A stretch of DNA of 64,000 nt from an uncultured Veillonellaceae bacterium (GTDB lineage: Bacteria > Bacillota > Negativicutes > JARBTT01). The stretch spans positions 512,001-576,000 of the forward strand of contig CAWDTA010000005.1 in the NCBI GenBank assembly GCA_963805085.1, written 5' to 3'. Below are positions 8,157 to 18,787 of this stretch, in pieces. The notes under the pieces are model-generated. The model searched no databases. It was not told the DNA's origin and saw only the letters and a list, made by a program, of their open reading frames with translations. How positions within the stretch are numbered: position 1 is the first letter of the stretch; every line of letters begins with the position of its first letter. The translations under genes and the position numbers were made by a program.

Positions 8157-10124
8157 ATGATAAGAAACACATTACAGATTCGTTTGACAGTTTTGCTGGT
8201 TGTATTTTCTTTTTTAGCTGCGCTGGGAATAGGAAGCGTGAGTACATATATGAATGTTACGGCTACTACACAGAATATACTTAGCAGTAATCAAACTATT
8301 ACAGTGCAGCTTGCCAATGAAATTGAACGGTTTGTAAGTAATGATAGGAGTTTATTAGAAACGCTGGCATTATCGCCTACCGCTTACTCGATGGATGCGC
8401 TAAAGTTCCGTGAAATGATTGTTGCAGCACAAAATAAGAATCCTGAATTTGAAACCATTTATGTGATGGATCAATTCGGCATGCAAATTGCTAAAACAAC
8501 TAATAGCTCACTAAATAGCAAAGCAGGTAAGGATTATTTTAAAAATGCTATTCAAGGTCGTACATATATAACTGATTCTTATATTTCTCAACTAACAAAT
8601 GCGCCAACTATTACTATCTCTACGCCTGTTAAGGATGCAAGCGGGAAAATTGTCGGCGTAGTAGCTGGCGATGTTAGTCTTAAAGCAATTGGGGAACTTG
8701 CACAAAAAGTTGCAATTGGCAAATCTGGTTACGTAGATGTTGTCGATGAAAAAGGAGTTCTTTTGGCGCATCGCGATGAAGAAAAGGTAAAAACACAAGA
8801 AAATATTGCAAAAGAACAATATATACAGGATGTAATTAACGGAAATTTAGGTGTAAAAGAGGGGATATCCTCCGTAGGAATTCCCTCTTTAATAGCCTAT
8901 GCCCCTATTGAAAATTATAAATGGGGGGTAATTGCCTATTTACCTAAAAGCGAAGTTAATAGCATTGTTCAACATAGTGTACTAATAATGACAATATTAA
9001 TGCTCTTTGTTTTAGTGATCGCGGTAGCAACAGCTATGCTTGTAGCAAAAGGGCTATCACATCCAATGCGTGAGCTCGTAAATGGGGCGGGAAAAATTGC
9101 CGACGGAGATCTAAGTCATAAAATTCAAGTGTCTGGTGTGGAGGAAGTTAACCAGCTTGCGGTGTCTCTTGATCACATGCGTGAAGATTTAAGGGGGATT
9201 ATTCAAGAAATTATGAGTTCATCTGACCAAGTGTCTGCTGCTTCTGAAGAGCTTACTGCCAGTGCAGAGCAGTCAGCGCAGGCTACCGGCTTAGTGGCCA
9301 ATACCATCAGTGAACTAGCGCAAGGCGCTGATAAACAGGTAGGTGCGATTGAAACAGCATCTTCTGTTGTCGAACAAATGTCGGCAGGAATTGAGGAAGT
9401 ATCCGCAAATTCCAATACCATGACGACAATCGCTGAGCAGGCAGCAGTGTCTGCGAGCGAAGGCGGCAAATCGATAGAAGCTGTTATGTCACAGATGAAT
9501 ACCATTGAAAAAACAGTGACAACTTCGGCACAAGCTGTGACCCAATTGGGAGAACGTTCGCAAGTGATCGGACAGATTGTAGAAACCATATCGGGGATTG
9601 CAGGACAGACAAATCTTTTGGCATTGAATGCAGCAATTGAAGCGGCACGGGCTGGTGAGCAAGGAAGAGGTTTTGCTGTAGTAGCCGAGGAAGTACGCAA
9701 ATTAGCAGAACAATCACAAGTGGCGGCCAAGCAAATCGCTGAGCTCATTATTGAAGTCCAAAATGAGACAGAAAAAGCGGTGGTGGCCATGAATAATGGA
9801 ACACGGGAAGTTAAGATTGGCAGTGAAGTAGTGAATACGTCTGGACAGGCATTTACCGAAATAGTGGGGCTCGTGAAACGTGTCTCTGGGCAGGTTAAAG
9901 GAATTTCGGCAGCTATGCAGCAAATGGCTTCTGAGAGTGAAACCATTGTTGGCTCAGTGCATGATCTTGACCGCATCAGTAAAGAGGCTTCCGAACATAC
10001 ACAAACTGTATCTGCTGCAACCCAAGAGCAGGCTGCTTCCATGCAAGAGATAGCCAATGCCAGCCAATCTTTAGTTAAAATGGCCGAAGAATTGCAAGGT
10101 GCTGTCAAACGGTTTAAACTATAA
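8157..10124 (+). CDS. Methyl-accepting chemotaxis protein (dCache, HAMP, MA)
   Basis: Two TMs; [40 protein letters not shown]. Confidence 0.95.
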   Translation: MIRNTLQIRLTVLLVVFSFLAALGIGSVSTYMNVTATTQNILSSNQTITVQLANEIERFVSNDRSLLETLALSPTAYSMDALKFREMIVAAQNKNPEFETIYVMDQFGMQIAKTTNSSLNSKAGKDYFKNAIQGRTYITDSYISQLTNAPTITISTPVKDASGKIVGVVAGDVSLKAIGELAQKVAIGKSGYVDVVDEKGVLLAHRDEEKVKTQENIAKEQYIQDVINGNLGVKEGISSVGIPSLIAYAPIENYKWGVIAYLPKSEVNSIVQHSVLIMTILMLFVLVIAVATAMLVAKGLSHPMRELVNGAGKIADGDLSHKIQVSGVEEVNQLAVSLDHMREDLRGIIQEIMSSSDQVSAASEELTASAEQSAQATGLVANTISELAQGADKQVGAIETASSVVEQMSAGIEEVSANSNTMTTIAEQAAVSASEGGKSIEAVMSQMNTIEKTVTTSAQAVTQLGERSQVIGQIVETISGIAGQTNLLALNAAIEAARAGEQGRGFAVVAEEVRKLAEQSQVAAKQIAELIIEVQNETEKAVVAMNNGTREVKIGSEVVNTSGQAFTEIVGLVKRVSGQVKGISAAMQQMASESETIVGSVHDLDRISKEASEHTQTVSAATQEQAASMQEIANASQSLVKMAEELQGAVKRFKL

Positions 10125-10177
10125 CCGTTCTTTGTAGGCATAATCTGAGGTTCTAAGGCAATGATCAAGCAAGGTTT

Positions 10178-10216
10178 TAAGAATGATAAGTAGGAGCTAA
10201 AATCGACGTAGTAAGA
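10178..10216 (+). repeat. Dispersed ~39-bp repeat family B, copy 1
   Basis: 32/39 identical to 20728-20766 by manual count. Confidence 0.65.
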
Positions 10217-10236
10217 TTGAGAGTAGTAGATAAATA

Positions 10237-10282
10237 AAAGCAGGGTTTTCCTATTTTTTTAGGAGAACAACCTGCTTTTTTT
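10237..10282. terminator. Intrinsic terminator (possibly bidirectional)
   Basis: aaaagcagg...cctgctttt with flanking A/T runs between convergent genes. Confidence 0.7.
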
Positions 10283-10466
10283 AATACTATGATTTCTAAG
10301 TTTCGTTAGCAATCTGGAATTATATTATAACGCATCGCATCATGGAAAAATGATAAAAACCAAATTTGGTTGATGATGTAACCAAATTTAGTTTTGAAAA
10401 TGCGCCTGATTTTGATACTTATTATTTAGATTTGTATCTTTATTTGATAACGTAAATAAAATAGAG

Positions 10467-11849
10467 CTAAATACGTATTATTGCCGGCGGCTTCCAGCGA
10501 CTATTAAGAACAATCTGTTTGGGCCAGTACATTCTTAGTATCAGATTAAACGAATTCTCTGGTGTTGGTAACCAATTAGTGATATAATCTTTTCCTGGTA
10601 AAGCGTTTCCGATAAAAATAGTAAGAGACCTATCGGCATTATAGTTTAGCTTGCCAAGATGAGGGCTGATAGCATAGCGATTCATTGGACTTTTTACCAG
10701 ATATCCCTTATCGTTATAGACGGTTATAGACCAAAAGGCGTTAGTTGGAGGGAGCTGCCCGTTATCAAAATGAATCATATAGTTATTGTATCCCACTAGT
10801 GGGTCTTCATTAGCATCGATAAAGGCGGGAGCATAGACTGCATCTTGCGGGAGGTTTGCACCAATTCCCGTCATGGCAATGATCGCCCGTTGCATATAAT
10901 CTACTCCGTAAAATCCCATACCTTTAAAAAGTAAAGACCAACCATTGATGTTATTCTTGGTATACTTCTTTACGGTTTCAGCTTTCATCAGCTTTGCCCC
11001 AAAGTCAGCAGCAAATTCGAGTGCATAGGTAACGGATAGACTTAGGTTGTAGAAATCAAAAGTCTCGCTCGGCACTAAATCTAATGTTGCAAGTTTTCTA
11101 TTCATAGCAGGATCTTCTATCCAAGGTGGATTCATATACATTGCCTTTAGCATTGTCTGAAAGAAGGTAGCAGCATTCATAGCGGTAATTTGATCCACTG
11201 GGTTTAAACTCAGTGGATTCTTTGCGTAATCATCGTTATATTGAGCTTCAAGTTTTCCGAAACAACTAAGGGGAATTAAGGCATAATTATCTTGGATGGC
11301 ATGGACTATCGGGTAATCTTTTGCCCCGTTTGTCTGGGTACGTCCGATAATCCAGACAGTATTAGTAGGAGCTTCAACCCTAATTATCCCTTCAGGGAGG
11401 ATTCCATTCCAATGCGGACCTGTAATTGCATAAAATCCTTCCTTTGTACCAGTTGTACGTGCGCCTATAGATGCGAACACATTGCTCCAAGCATCTAAAA
11501 GTTCCATAAGGTAATATTTGTTATGGGTGTCTGGAACATATAATAAGATAGGTTGTCCGGAGAGATCTAACCACGCCATGGAATAAAGTGTATCGACATT
11601 AGGTCTGATAATTGTAGTATATTGAGGATTTGGAAAAACTCGTTCATTTAAAAATTGATTTTGCTGATATCCACTGGAAAGCATGATGTTCTTCGTTATG
11701 TCCATTAGTACGAGTGGATATCCATAGATATATGCATCTAGTGCCATAAAATTTAGCATATCTTGGTTAACACAAGAGTAGTCCAATACTGCAGAGGGAT
11801 TATAGTAATTATTTACGAAGTTTGGATGATATGACCAACCTTTAGACAT
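10467..11849 (-). CDS. DUF1254/DUF1214 domain protein
   Basis: AYIYGYPLV, PNVDTLYSMAWLDLS, AFWSITVY, NWLPTP, LRMYWP. Confidence 0.88.
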   Translation of the reverse strand: MSKGWSYHPNFVNNYYNPSAVLDYSCVNQDMLNFMALDAYIYGYPLVLMDITKNIMLSSGYQQNQFLNERVFPNPQYTTIIRPNVDTLYSMAWLDLSGQPILLYVPDTHNKYYLMELLDAWSNVFASIGARTTGTKEGFYAITGPHWNGILPEGIIRVEAPTNTVWIIGRTQTNGAKDYPIVHAIQDNYALIPLSCFGKLEAQYNDDYAKNPLSLNPVDQITAMNAATFFQTMLKAMYMNPPWIEDPAMNRKLATLDLVPSETFDFYNLSLSVTYALEFAADFGAKLMKAETVKKYTKNNINGWSLLFKGMGFYGVDYMQRAIIAMTGIGANLPQDAVYAPAFIDANEDPLVGYNNYMIHFDNGQLPPTNAFWSITVYNDKGYLVKSPMNRYAISPHLGKLNYNADRSLTIFIGNALPGKDYITNWLPTPENSFNLILRMYWPKQIVLNSRWKPPAIIRI

Positions 11850-12083
11850 AACAATGTACCTCTCTGAAAAGATTCTATATTACAATTATATTCGCATTCG
11901 CATAGATAAGTATGGAATGGGGGTACTAATTTATTTAGAACTTTTGACTATAGCTATAGAATGAAATCGTTATAATATTGCAATATGTCATGAAAAATCT
12001 TATTATGGAAAATAGAGTAAAGATATGAAGCTATAGAAACTTGTCTTTTAATAGTTTATGATCTGAGAAGGTGGTAATATATT

Positions 12084-12854
12084 GTGAGTTTATTTTCTAA
12101 AAATGCTTTAAATCAATTTAGTGATTTAGATTATGAGGTTTATAATTTTATATTAAAAAATGATGAAAAAATAGCTTACATGACGATTAGGGAAGTGGCT
12201 AATGAAGCTCATGTTTCAACGACTACGATCACTAGATTCTGCAAAAAAATAAATTGTGACGGGTTTTCTGAATTTAAAGTGAGATATAAGCTGGAAGCGG
12301 AGACGAGCCAGAATCAGCTAAAACATTATGATAATTCTATAGTTCTGGATTTTTTGCAAAGAGCAAATACGGAAGACTTTCAAAAGCAGCTTGATAAAAT
12401 TGCAGCTATTATAGCATCAAAAAAGCATGTAATTTTTTTAGGTGTAGGGAATTCGGGAATCATTGCTGATTATGCTACCCGATATTTTTGTAATATTGGA
12501 GTTTTTTCTACAGGTGTTAATAATCCAATGTTTCCAATAAATCTAGAAGTACCAAGTGAAACAATAATCATTACTTTATCTGTTGAGGGGGAGGTTGATG
12601 CGCTGATTAAGAATTCTGAAATATTGAAAAGAAGTAAGGTAACTGTAGTGGCTATTACTAACAGTAAGGATAGTACCTTGGCAAAAATGTCGGATTATAA
12701 TATTTCATATTATATACAAAGAGAGTTAGCTCATAATAATTCATGGGTGAAGGTTGATATAACTTCACAAATTCCAGCAATGTATATCATTGAGTCTTTA
12801 GCCAAATTAACCATACTAAAAAAGAGAAGTATAAAAGTATCCTCCGAAGATTAA
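12084..12854 (+). CDS. MurR/RpiR family regulator (HTH+SIS)
   Basis: TIREVANEAHVSTTTITRFCKK, GFSEFK; SIS domain GVGNS. Confidence 0.92.
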   Translation: MSLFSKNALNQFSDLDYEVYNFILKNDEKIAYMTIREVANEAHVSTTTITRFCKKINCDGFSEFKVRYKLEAETSQNQLKHYDNSIVLDFLQRANTEDFQKQLDKIAAIIASKKHVIFLGVGNSGIIADYATRYFCNIGVFSTGVNNPMFPINLEVPSETIIITLSVEGEVDALIKNSEILKRSKVTVVAITNSKDSTLAKMSDYNISYYIQRELAHNNSWVKVDITSQIPAMYIIESLAKLTILKKRSIKVSSED

Positions 12855-12973
12855 AAAACACTTTGTTTTTTAGGTGAAACATGTAACTAAACAATCCTCT
12901 TTGTGACTATAGGCGTTATGAATATTTCAATACGTAATAGTTTGAAATATAATATGGTTATAGAAACGGAGGA

Positions 12974-14401
12974 ATGAATATGGAAAAGAATCTGAAAATT
13001 GTAACGATTGGTGGGGGATCAAGTTATACCCCGGAATTAATAGAGGGGTTTATAAAAAGAAAAGATGAACTACCAATTAAAGAATTATGGCTAGTAGATA
13101 TTGAGGCTGGAAAAGAAAAGTTGGAAATTGTTGGTGAACTAACCAAGCGGATGGTTAAAGCAGCAGGACTAGATTGGAACGTTCATTTAACATTAGATCG
13201 TCGTGAGGCATTAAAGGATGCAGATTTTGTTTCTACTCAATTTCGTGTAGGTTTATTAGATGCCCGTATTAAGGATGAGAGAATTCCTTTATCACATGGA
13301 GTTATTGGACAAGAAACAAATGGTGCAGGAGGAATGTTTAAGGCCTTTCGCACAATCCCTGTAATATTAGATATTGTGGAAGATATGAAGGAACTTTGTC
13401 CAAATGCATGGTTAGTTAACTTCGCCAACCCATCGGGAATGGTTACGGAGGCAGTTATTCGCTACGGACATTGGGATAAGGTAGTAGGTTTATGTAATGT
13501 ACCGATTATGTGTAGTAAAATTGCCGCAGCCGCATTAAAAGAAAAAGAGGAAAATTTATTCTTCCGCTTTGGTGGCTTAAACCATTTCCATTGGCATCGT
13601 GTATGGAATAAAGCAGGAGAAGAAAAAACAAAAGAGGTAATTGAAGCTGCATATACATCGGCCGAAGGATTGGCGAAGATAATAGAAGAAATTAAGAGTC
13701 CATTAAGTCCTAATCATAATCCTGATGAAGATGACCAGCAAAAAGCTGGCGTTCAAAATATCCCCAATATTGGATTCTTACCCGATCAAGTTCGTAATCT
13801 TGGAATTATTCCATGTATGTATCATAGATATTACTATATTACAGACGATATGTTGAAAGAAGAGTTAGAAGTCTTTGAGAAAGGTGAAACTCGAGCAGAA
13901 GTAGTAAAACGTACCGAAGCAGAATTATTTGAACTTTACAAAGATCCTAATTTAAGTATAAAACCACCACAACTAGCCAAACGTGGAGGAGCTTACTATT
14001 CTGATGCAGCCTGTGAATTAATTACTTCTATATATAATGATAAACGTAGTCAGATGGTAGTAAGTACGAAAAATAATGGTGCTATTTCAGACCTGCCAGA
14101 TGATGTAGTTGTTGAAGTAAGTTCTATCATTACTTCTAACGGCCCAGTTCCACTTTCATGGGGAGCTTTTGACTCTTCAAGCAGAGGATTGTTGCAACAA
14201 ATGAAAGACATGGAACTCACCACGATTAAAGCTGCGGTAACAGGCGATTATAGTACTGCATTACAAGCATTTACAATCAATCCGCTTGTCCCAAGTGGTA
14301 AAATAGCACAAAAAATTTTAGATGAAATGCTAGTTGCACACAGAAAATACTTACCACAGTTTAGGAATGAAATAGAATTTTTAGAAGGTGCGGATAAATG
14401 A
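12974..14401 (+). CDS. 6-phospho-beta-glucosidase, GH4 (LicH/CelF-like)
   Basis: IGGGSSYTPE, GQETNGAGG, NFANP, GLCNVP, GLNH, RGGAYYS. Confidence 0.93.
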   Translation: MNMEKNLKIVTIGGGSSYTPELIEGFIKRKDELPIKELWLVDIEAGKEKLEIVGELTKRMVKAAGLDWNVHLTLDRREALKDADFVSTQFRVGLLDARIKDERIPLSHGVIGQETNGAGGMFKAFRTIPVILDIVEDMKELCPNAWLVNFANPSGMVTEAVIRYGHWDKVVGLCNVPIMCSKIAAAALKEKEENLFFRFGGLNHFHWHRVWNKAGEEKTKEVIEAAYTSAEGLAKIIEEIKSPLSPNHNPDEDDQQKAGVQNIPNIGFLPDQVRNLGIIPCMYHRYYYITDDMLKEELEVFEKGETRAEVVKRTEAELFELYKDPNLSIKPPQLAKRGGAYYSDAACELITSIYNDKRSQMVVSTKNNGAISDLPDDVVVEVSSIITSNGPVPLSWGAFDSSSRGLLQQMKDMELTTIKAAVTGDYSTALQAFTINPLVPSGKIAQKILDEMLVAHRKYLPQFRNEIEFLEGADK

Positions 14402-14448
14402 GTTTATATGCTTTTGCAAATAAACGACCATCCCGCTGAAGAAAAAAG

Positions 14449-14530
14449 TGACAGTCTCTTGTCTTCAAATAGCAAATCACTAGAGAATTTGCAGTTAGGA
14501 TAGTATCATATAACATTCCAAGAAAATGAA
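14449..14530 (+). repeat. Dispersed repeat family A, copy 2
   Basis: About 81% identical to 1559-1642. Confidence 0.85.
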
Positions 14531-14642
14531 CAGAAAAATTTATTTATTGATTTAATACAAAAATTTCAGCATATAGATTAAAAAATATTTTTATAAATAG
14601 ATTTTTAGGTTGCTAGTTCTTTCTTAATAGATTACAATGTAC

Positions 14643-14662
14643 AAATCGTAATATTCTTATTT
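14643..14662. promoter_or_regulatory. Putative Zur box
   Basis: AAATCGTAATATTCTTATTT; left half matches the Bacillus Zur half-site; similar site at 32993-33012. Confidence 0.65.
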
Positions 14663-14738
14663 ACTTGTTTACTTATTGTGATTTATGATATATTTTTAGA
14701 AATTTTTATTTGCTTAAAGTAAATAGAGGAGGAGTATT

Positions 14739-15683
14739 TTGGAGATATTCGACTTAAATACGTGGCAAGTTATTCTTAATTTTAAAACAATATTCTTAGG
14801 GATAATAATTGAGGCATTGCCTTTTATTTTAATCAGTGTAATCGTTTCGTCAGTATTACATAATTTTGTTTCCGAAGAACTGATTCAGAGAGTGTTACCA
14901 AGAGATAAAATGTCTAGCATTGTGCTGTCCTGTCTATTCGGTATGATTTTCCCAGCATGTGATTGTGGGATGGTACCAATTGTTCGCAGGCTAGTAAAAA
15001 AAGGGGTACCATTATATTGTGCGGTAGCCTTTATGCTTTCTGCGCCTATTATTAATCCAGTAGTGGCTACTGCTACAGCATTTGCGTTTAATAGTATTGG
15101 CATAGCTGCAGCGAGGCTGGGGATTGCTTTTTTAATAGCCTATATTACTTCGGCGCTCGTCAGTGAAGTATTTACTGGTACGGAGCTAAAGGATGTACAA
15201 TCTACCCATGATCATAATCATGACCACGATCACGATTGTTGTTGTGTGTGTCATTCCCATACTGAGCATAAAATAACGCTACGCGAAAAGTTTTTGAATG
15301 TTTTAGATGATGCATGTAGTGAATTTTTTGAAATGGGCAAGTACTTAATCATTGGGTCTTTTTTAGGTGCGGTGGCACAGACTTTTATATCACGAGCATC
15401 ACTATTAACTGTTGGTCATGAACCATTCTTGTCAATTATCGTAATGATGTTCTTTGCTTTTTCAATTTCGGTATGTTCCACAGCCGATGCCTTTATTGCT
15501 TCCTCATTTAACACTAGTTTTACTACTGGGGCATTAGTTGCATTTATGGTGTTTGGTCCTATGATCGATATCAAAAATATATTGATGCTTTCGCATGCTT
15601 TTCGCTTAAGATTTGTAGTTTTTCTGGTTGTTATAGTTTCACTATTATGCGCCATGGGAACGTATTTGTTTATTAATATATAG
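14739..15683 (+). CDS. DUF318/ArsP-type permease (YcgR-like) with His/Cys-rich loop
   Basis: IEALPF, PACDCGMVP, APIINP, CSTADAF, GPMIDIK; HDHNHDHDHDCCCVCHSH loop. Confidence 0.88.
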   Translation: MEIFDLNTWQVILNFKTIFLGIIIEALPFILISVIVSSVLHNFVSEELIQRVLPRDKMSSIVLSCLFGMIFPACDCGMVPIVRRLVKKGVPLYCAVAFMLSAPIINPVVATATAFAFNSIGIAAARLGIAFLIAYITSALVSEVFTGTELKDVQSTHDHNHDHDHDCCCVCHSHTEHKITLREKFLNVLDDACSEFFEMGKYLIIGSFLGAVAQTFISRASLLTVGHEPFLSIIVMMFFAFSISVCSTADAFIASSFNTSFTTGALVAFMVFGPMIDIKNILMLSHAFRLRFVVFLVVIVSLLCAMGTYLFINI

Positions 15684-15700
15684 ATAGGAGACGGAGGAAA

Positions 15701-16453
15701 ATGTTGCAATTAAACAAAGATGGTTTAGCAAAAGCCTTAATATTATTAGGATTTGTTTTATTATTATTTTCGTTAATTATTACCGATCAATTAACTTTAT
15801 ATGTTCATCCTAGAATTATAACGTTAATAGAACTATCCGATGGTCTACTTTTTATGATGTTTTTACTGCAATGTTGGAATTTAAAAAAGACTTGGAACGA
15901 TTCTACAGATGAACCTAAGCAGTGCGATCGGTATTGGAGATATTTGCCGTTTGTTTTTACTTTGTTGATCGCTTTGATATTACCCAATACATCACTTAAC
16001 GCAAGTTTAGTTAATAATAAAGGATTGAATAATCAAATTATCACTGAAATTTCTAAAAAAGATTATCGACCATTGGCACCTGAGCTTCGGAAAACAAACT
16101 TAATCAAAGTTTCTGATAATAACTTTATTGAAGTAATGTCTGAACTTTATCGTTTTCCTCAAGAGTATGTAGGCAAGGAAATTGATATGAAGGGCTTTAT
16201 CTTTAAAGATGCATCGACACCTCAAGATCATTTTTCTTTAATTCGATTTGTCGTTGGCTGTTGTGTGGCAGATGCTCTTCCTTCTGGCGTTTTGTGCGAA
16301 ATTAATAATGCAGCCGAATATACCAATGGAAGTTGGTATCAAATTCAAGGCATTATAGAAACTAATGAGCGTGAGGGGAAACTTTTTCCTGTTGTTAAAG
16401 TTACGTGGATCAAGCCAATTACAGCAAATACTACTCCGTATGTTTTTCCTTAG
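15701..16453 (+). CDS. TIGR03943/DUF1980 membrane protein (YcgQ-like)
   Basis: YVHPR, GKEI...GF, RFVVGCCVADA. Confidence 0.87.
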   Translation: MLQLNKDGLAKALILLGFVLLLFSLIITDQLTLYVHPRIITLIELSDGLLFMMFLLQCWNLKKTWNDSTDEPKQCDRYWRYLPFVFTLLIALILPNTSLNASLVNNKGLNNQIITEISKKDYRPLAPELRKTNLIKVSDNNFIEVMSELYRFPQEYVGKEIDMKGFIFKDASTPQDHFSLIRFVVGCCVADALPSGVLCEINNAAEYTNGSWYQIQGIIETNEREGKLFPVVKVTWIKPITANTTPYVFP

Positions 16454-16468
16454 ATAAACACATACCTT

Positions 16469-17755
16469 TTAAATCCTAGAGATCAATTCTTGTTCGGCAC
16501 TGACTAGTTCTACACAGAGCGTAAAGAGTTCCATCGCCTGCTGTAATTCTGATAAAGGTGGGAAAGTAGGGGAGATACGAATGTTTTTATCTTTTGGGTC
16601 TTTGCCGTAAGGGAAGGTAGCGCCTGCCGGGGTAAGTACTATTCCGGCAGCTGCAGCCTTGGCAACAATCTTTTGTGCACAACCAGGCAGGGTATCTAGG
16701 CTAATGAAATAACCACCTTGCGGTTTACTCCAAGACGCTAGGTTTTTATTTCCAAGTTTGGATTCTAAGATTTCTAATACTAAATCAAATTTAGGTTTGA
16801 TAATGGCCGCATGTTGACGCATGTGGCTTTCGATTCCAGCCTGGCCTTTAAAGAAACGGACATGACGTAATTGATTGAGTTTATCTGGTCCAATGGTTTG
16901 GACGCTGATTTGCTTTTTGAGCCAATTTACATTGTTTTCACTACTGGCTAGCATGGCAAGACCAGCACCAGGAAAACTAATTTTGGAAGTAGAGCAGAAT
17001 TCAAAAACCCGGTCAGGGTTTCCTGCTTGACGGCAAGCCTCAAGAATATTGAGTAATGGATCAGGAGTGTCGGTCAAATGATGCACTGTATAGGCATTAT
17101 CCCAGATAATTCGAAAATCTGGAGCTTTGGTATACATTGCTGCCAAACGCTTTACTACTGTATCTGAATAGGTAATGCCAGTAGGATTGCTGTATTTAGG
17201 TACACACCAGATACCTTTAATGGCTGGATCAGTGGCTACTAGCTTTTCCACTTCATCCATATCGGGACCGTCAGCCTGATAGTTGATGGTGATCATTTCA
17301 ATTCCTAAGTTTTCACAAATGGCAAAATGCCGATCGTAACCAGGGCTAGGGCAGAGAAATTTTACTTGTGGCAGTTTGCACCAAGGTGTTTCGCTGCCAG
17401 GAATTTTATGTAGCATAGCTTTTGTGATGAGATCATACATCATTGTTAAACTAGAATTCCCACCGATAATCACTTCTTCGGGGCGTACTTCTAGAAACCA
17501 GGCAAGAAGTTTTTTTGCGTCTGGAATGCCATCCACTCCGCCGTAATTTCGACAATCAGCCCCATTGATAGCTATATAATCAGCTTTATTGAGACAATTC
17601 ATAAGATCCGCAGAAAGATCTAATTGCTGCGTGCAAGGCTTTCCACGGGACATATCTAGTTTAAGTTTTCGAGATTGCACCTCCTCATAGCTACGGGATA
17701 AAGAAGAGTGATGCTTATGTAATTCCGTGTTATTCATTCTTTTTAATTCAGTCAT
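16469..17755 (-). CDS. Aminotransferase class I/II, actinobacterial-type aspartate transaminase-like
   Basis: LDMSRGKP, GNSSL, PGYDRHF, VPKYSNPTG, STSKISF, GATFPYGKDP. Confidence 0.88.
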   Translation of the reverse strand: MTELKRMNNTELHKHHSSLSRSYEEVQSRKLKLDMSRGKPCTQQLDLSADLMNCLNKADYIAINGADCRNYGGVDGIPDAKKLLAWFLEVRPEEVIIGGNSSLTMMYDLITKAMLHKIPGSETPWCKLPQVKFLCPSPGYDRHFAICENLGIEMITINYQADGPDMDEVEKLVATDPAIKGIWCVPKYSNPTGITYSDTVVKRLAAMYTKAPDFRIIWDNAYTVHHLTDTPDPLLNILEACRQAGNPDRVFEFCSTSKISFPGAGLAMLASSENNVNWLKKQISVQTIGPDKLNQLRHVRFFKGQAGIESHMRQHAAIIKPKFDLVLEILESKLGNKNLASWSKPQGGYFISLDTLPGCAQKIVAKAAAAGIVLTPAGATFPYGKDPKDKNIRISPTFPPLSELQQAMELFTLCVELVSAEQELISRI

Positions 17756-17903
17756 TATTCATCGCTCCTTTACAGTCTCTTTTATTGTAGGACACATAGT
17801 AAATCTAAGTCGATAGATTTCGAATAAGTATCCAGGATACATTTCGATGACTTAACTCATTTGTGGGAAAGACTAACTCAGCACAGACCAAAGAATTAGT
17901 ATG

Positions 17904-18089
17904 CTACTGATTAAAATCATTAGTAATGACCCTTGCCTCAGAGTTTCCACTTTTATTTGATAAAGTTTCTTTAGCTTCTAGCACAAGCGCTAATAAAGGG
18001 GCGGTAATGATTGCATAGCCAAAACCTGTTACTGTCTGTAAAAAACCAGACAATATAAAAACGCTAAAAATATATAATTCTATGATCAC
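17904..18089 (-). pseudogene. Truncated TauE/SafE sulfite exporter family fragment
   Basis: GFLQTVTGFGYAIITAPLL is the TauE N-terminus; similarity is lost after about 42 aa. Confidence 0.7.
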
Positions 18090-18184
18090 CGTAATCTACT
18101 CCTAAACTTCATAACAGGAATATCCACAAGTTCACATTGGTCTCAAAATGTTTTTCATGCGAGACTTTCGGCTAAGTGAGACTT

Positions 18185-18652
18185 TTATAATCTTGCTTTT
18201 CCGGTTATTAGTCTAATTTCTATCTTAAGAACTTCTGTTTTTTCAAAAGCATTGTCAATATAACGTAATCCAGCTTCATAAAATTCAGGACTATATTTTT
18301 TAAGTATGGCTTTGAGTCCTTGTCGTTTTTCTTCTAGATCTTTAACAATAATAATTTTTCCGAATATGATAGCTGACTTATATTTAGTGGAAAATACTGC
18401 TGGCATTAGTTCTACTGCATCAATTACATTAAAACAAACGCTATCACAGTTTGATATATTATCCAATTTATGACCTTCCAAAGCGCAGTGCAAATAGATT
18501 ACTTCATCGGTATAGACAAAACTCATTGGAACCCCATATGGAGTATTGCTTTTACTTACAGTTGATAATATCCCAAACGGCGCATTCTCTAAAAGTGTTT
18601 TTGTATCCTCTTCAAGCATTACTCTGTCTTTTCTTCTCATCTCTCTAAACAT
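18185..18652 (-). CDS. Pyridoxamine 5'-phosphate oxidase family / NimA-like flavin-binding protein
   Basis: MRRKDR, PYGVPMSF, YLHCALEGHKL, YKSAIIFG, ITGK. Confidence 0.88.
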   Translation of the reverse strand: MFREMRRKDRVMLEEDTKTLLENAPFGILSTVSKSNTPYGVPMSFVYTDEVIYLHCALEGHKLDNISNCDSVCFNVIDAVELMPAVFSTKYKSAIIFGKIIIVKDLEEKRQGLKAILKKYSPEFYEAGLRYIDNAFEKTEVLKIEIRLITGKARL

Positions 18653-18787
18653 ATTAAACCTCCAAATTTATCTTGATTTACTATATATAATAAAGATACA
18701 ATATAATCGGCTTTTACATAAGTTCCAATAGTAACATTTTTATAGAAGCCAATTTCAACTTGTTTTAAAGAAAGAGGAGATTCGCCT

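Noticed and set aside
9203-10168. 321-aa antisense ORF
   Set aside because: Shadow frame of the MCP signalling domain; no RBS or family features
10356-10395. aaccaaatttggtt / aaccaaatttagtt pair as a mini-CRISPR or operator
   Set aside because: Only two units with an 8-nt spacer; best explained as the terminator hairpin of the DUF1254 gene
15206-15268. GATCAT/GACCAC-type short tandem repeat
   Set aside because: Encodes the His-Asp metal-binding loop of the permease; not a separate DNA element
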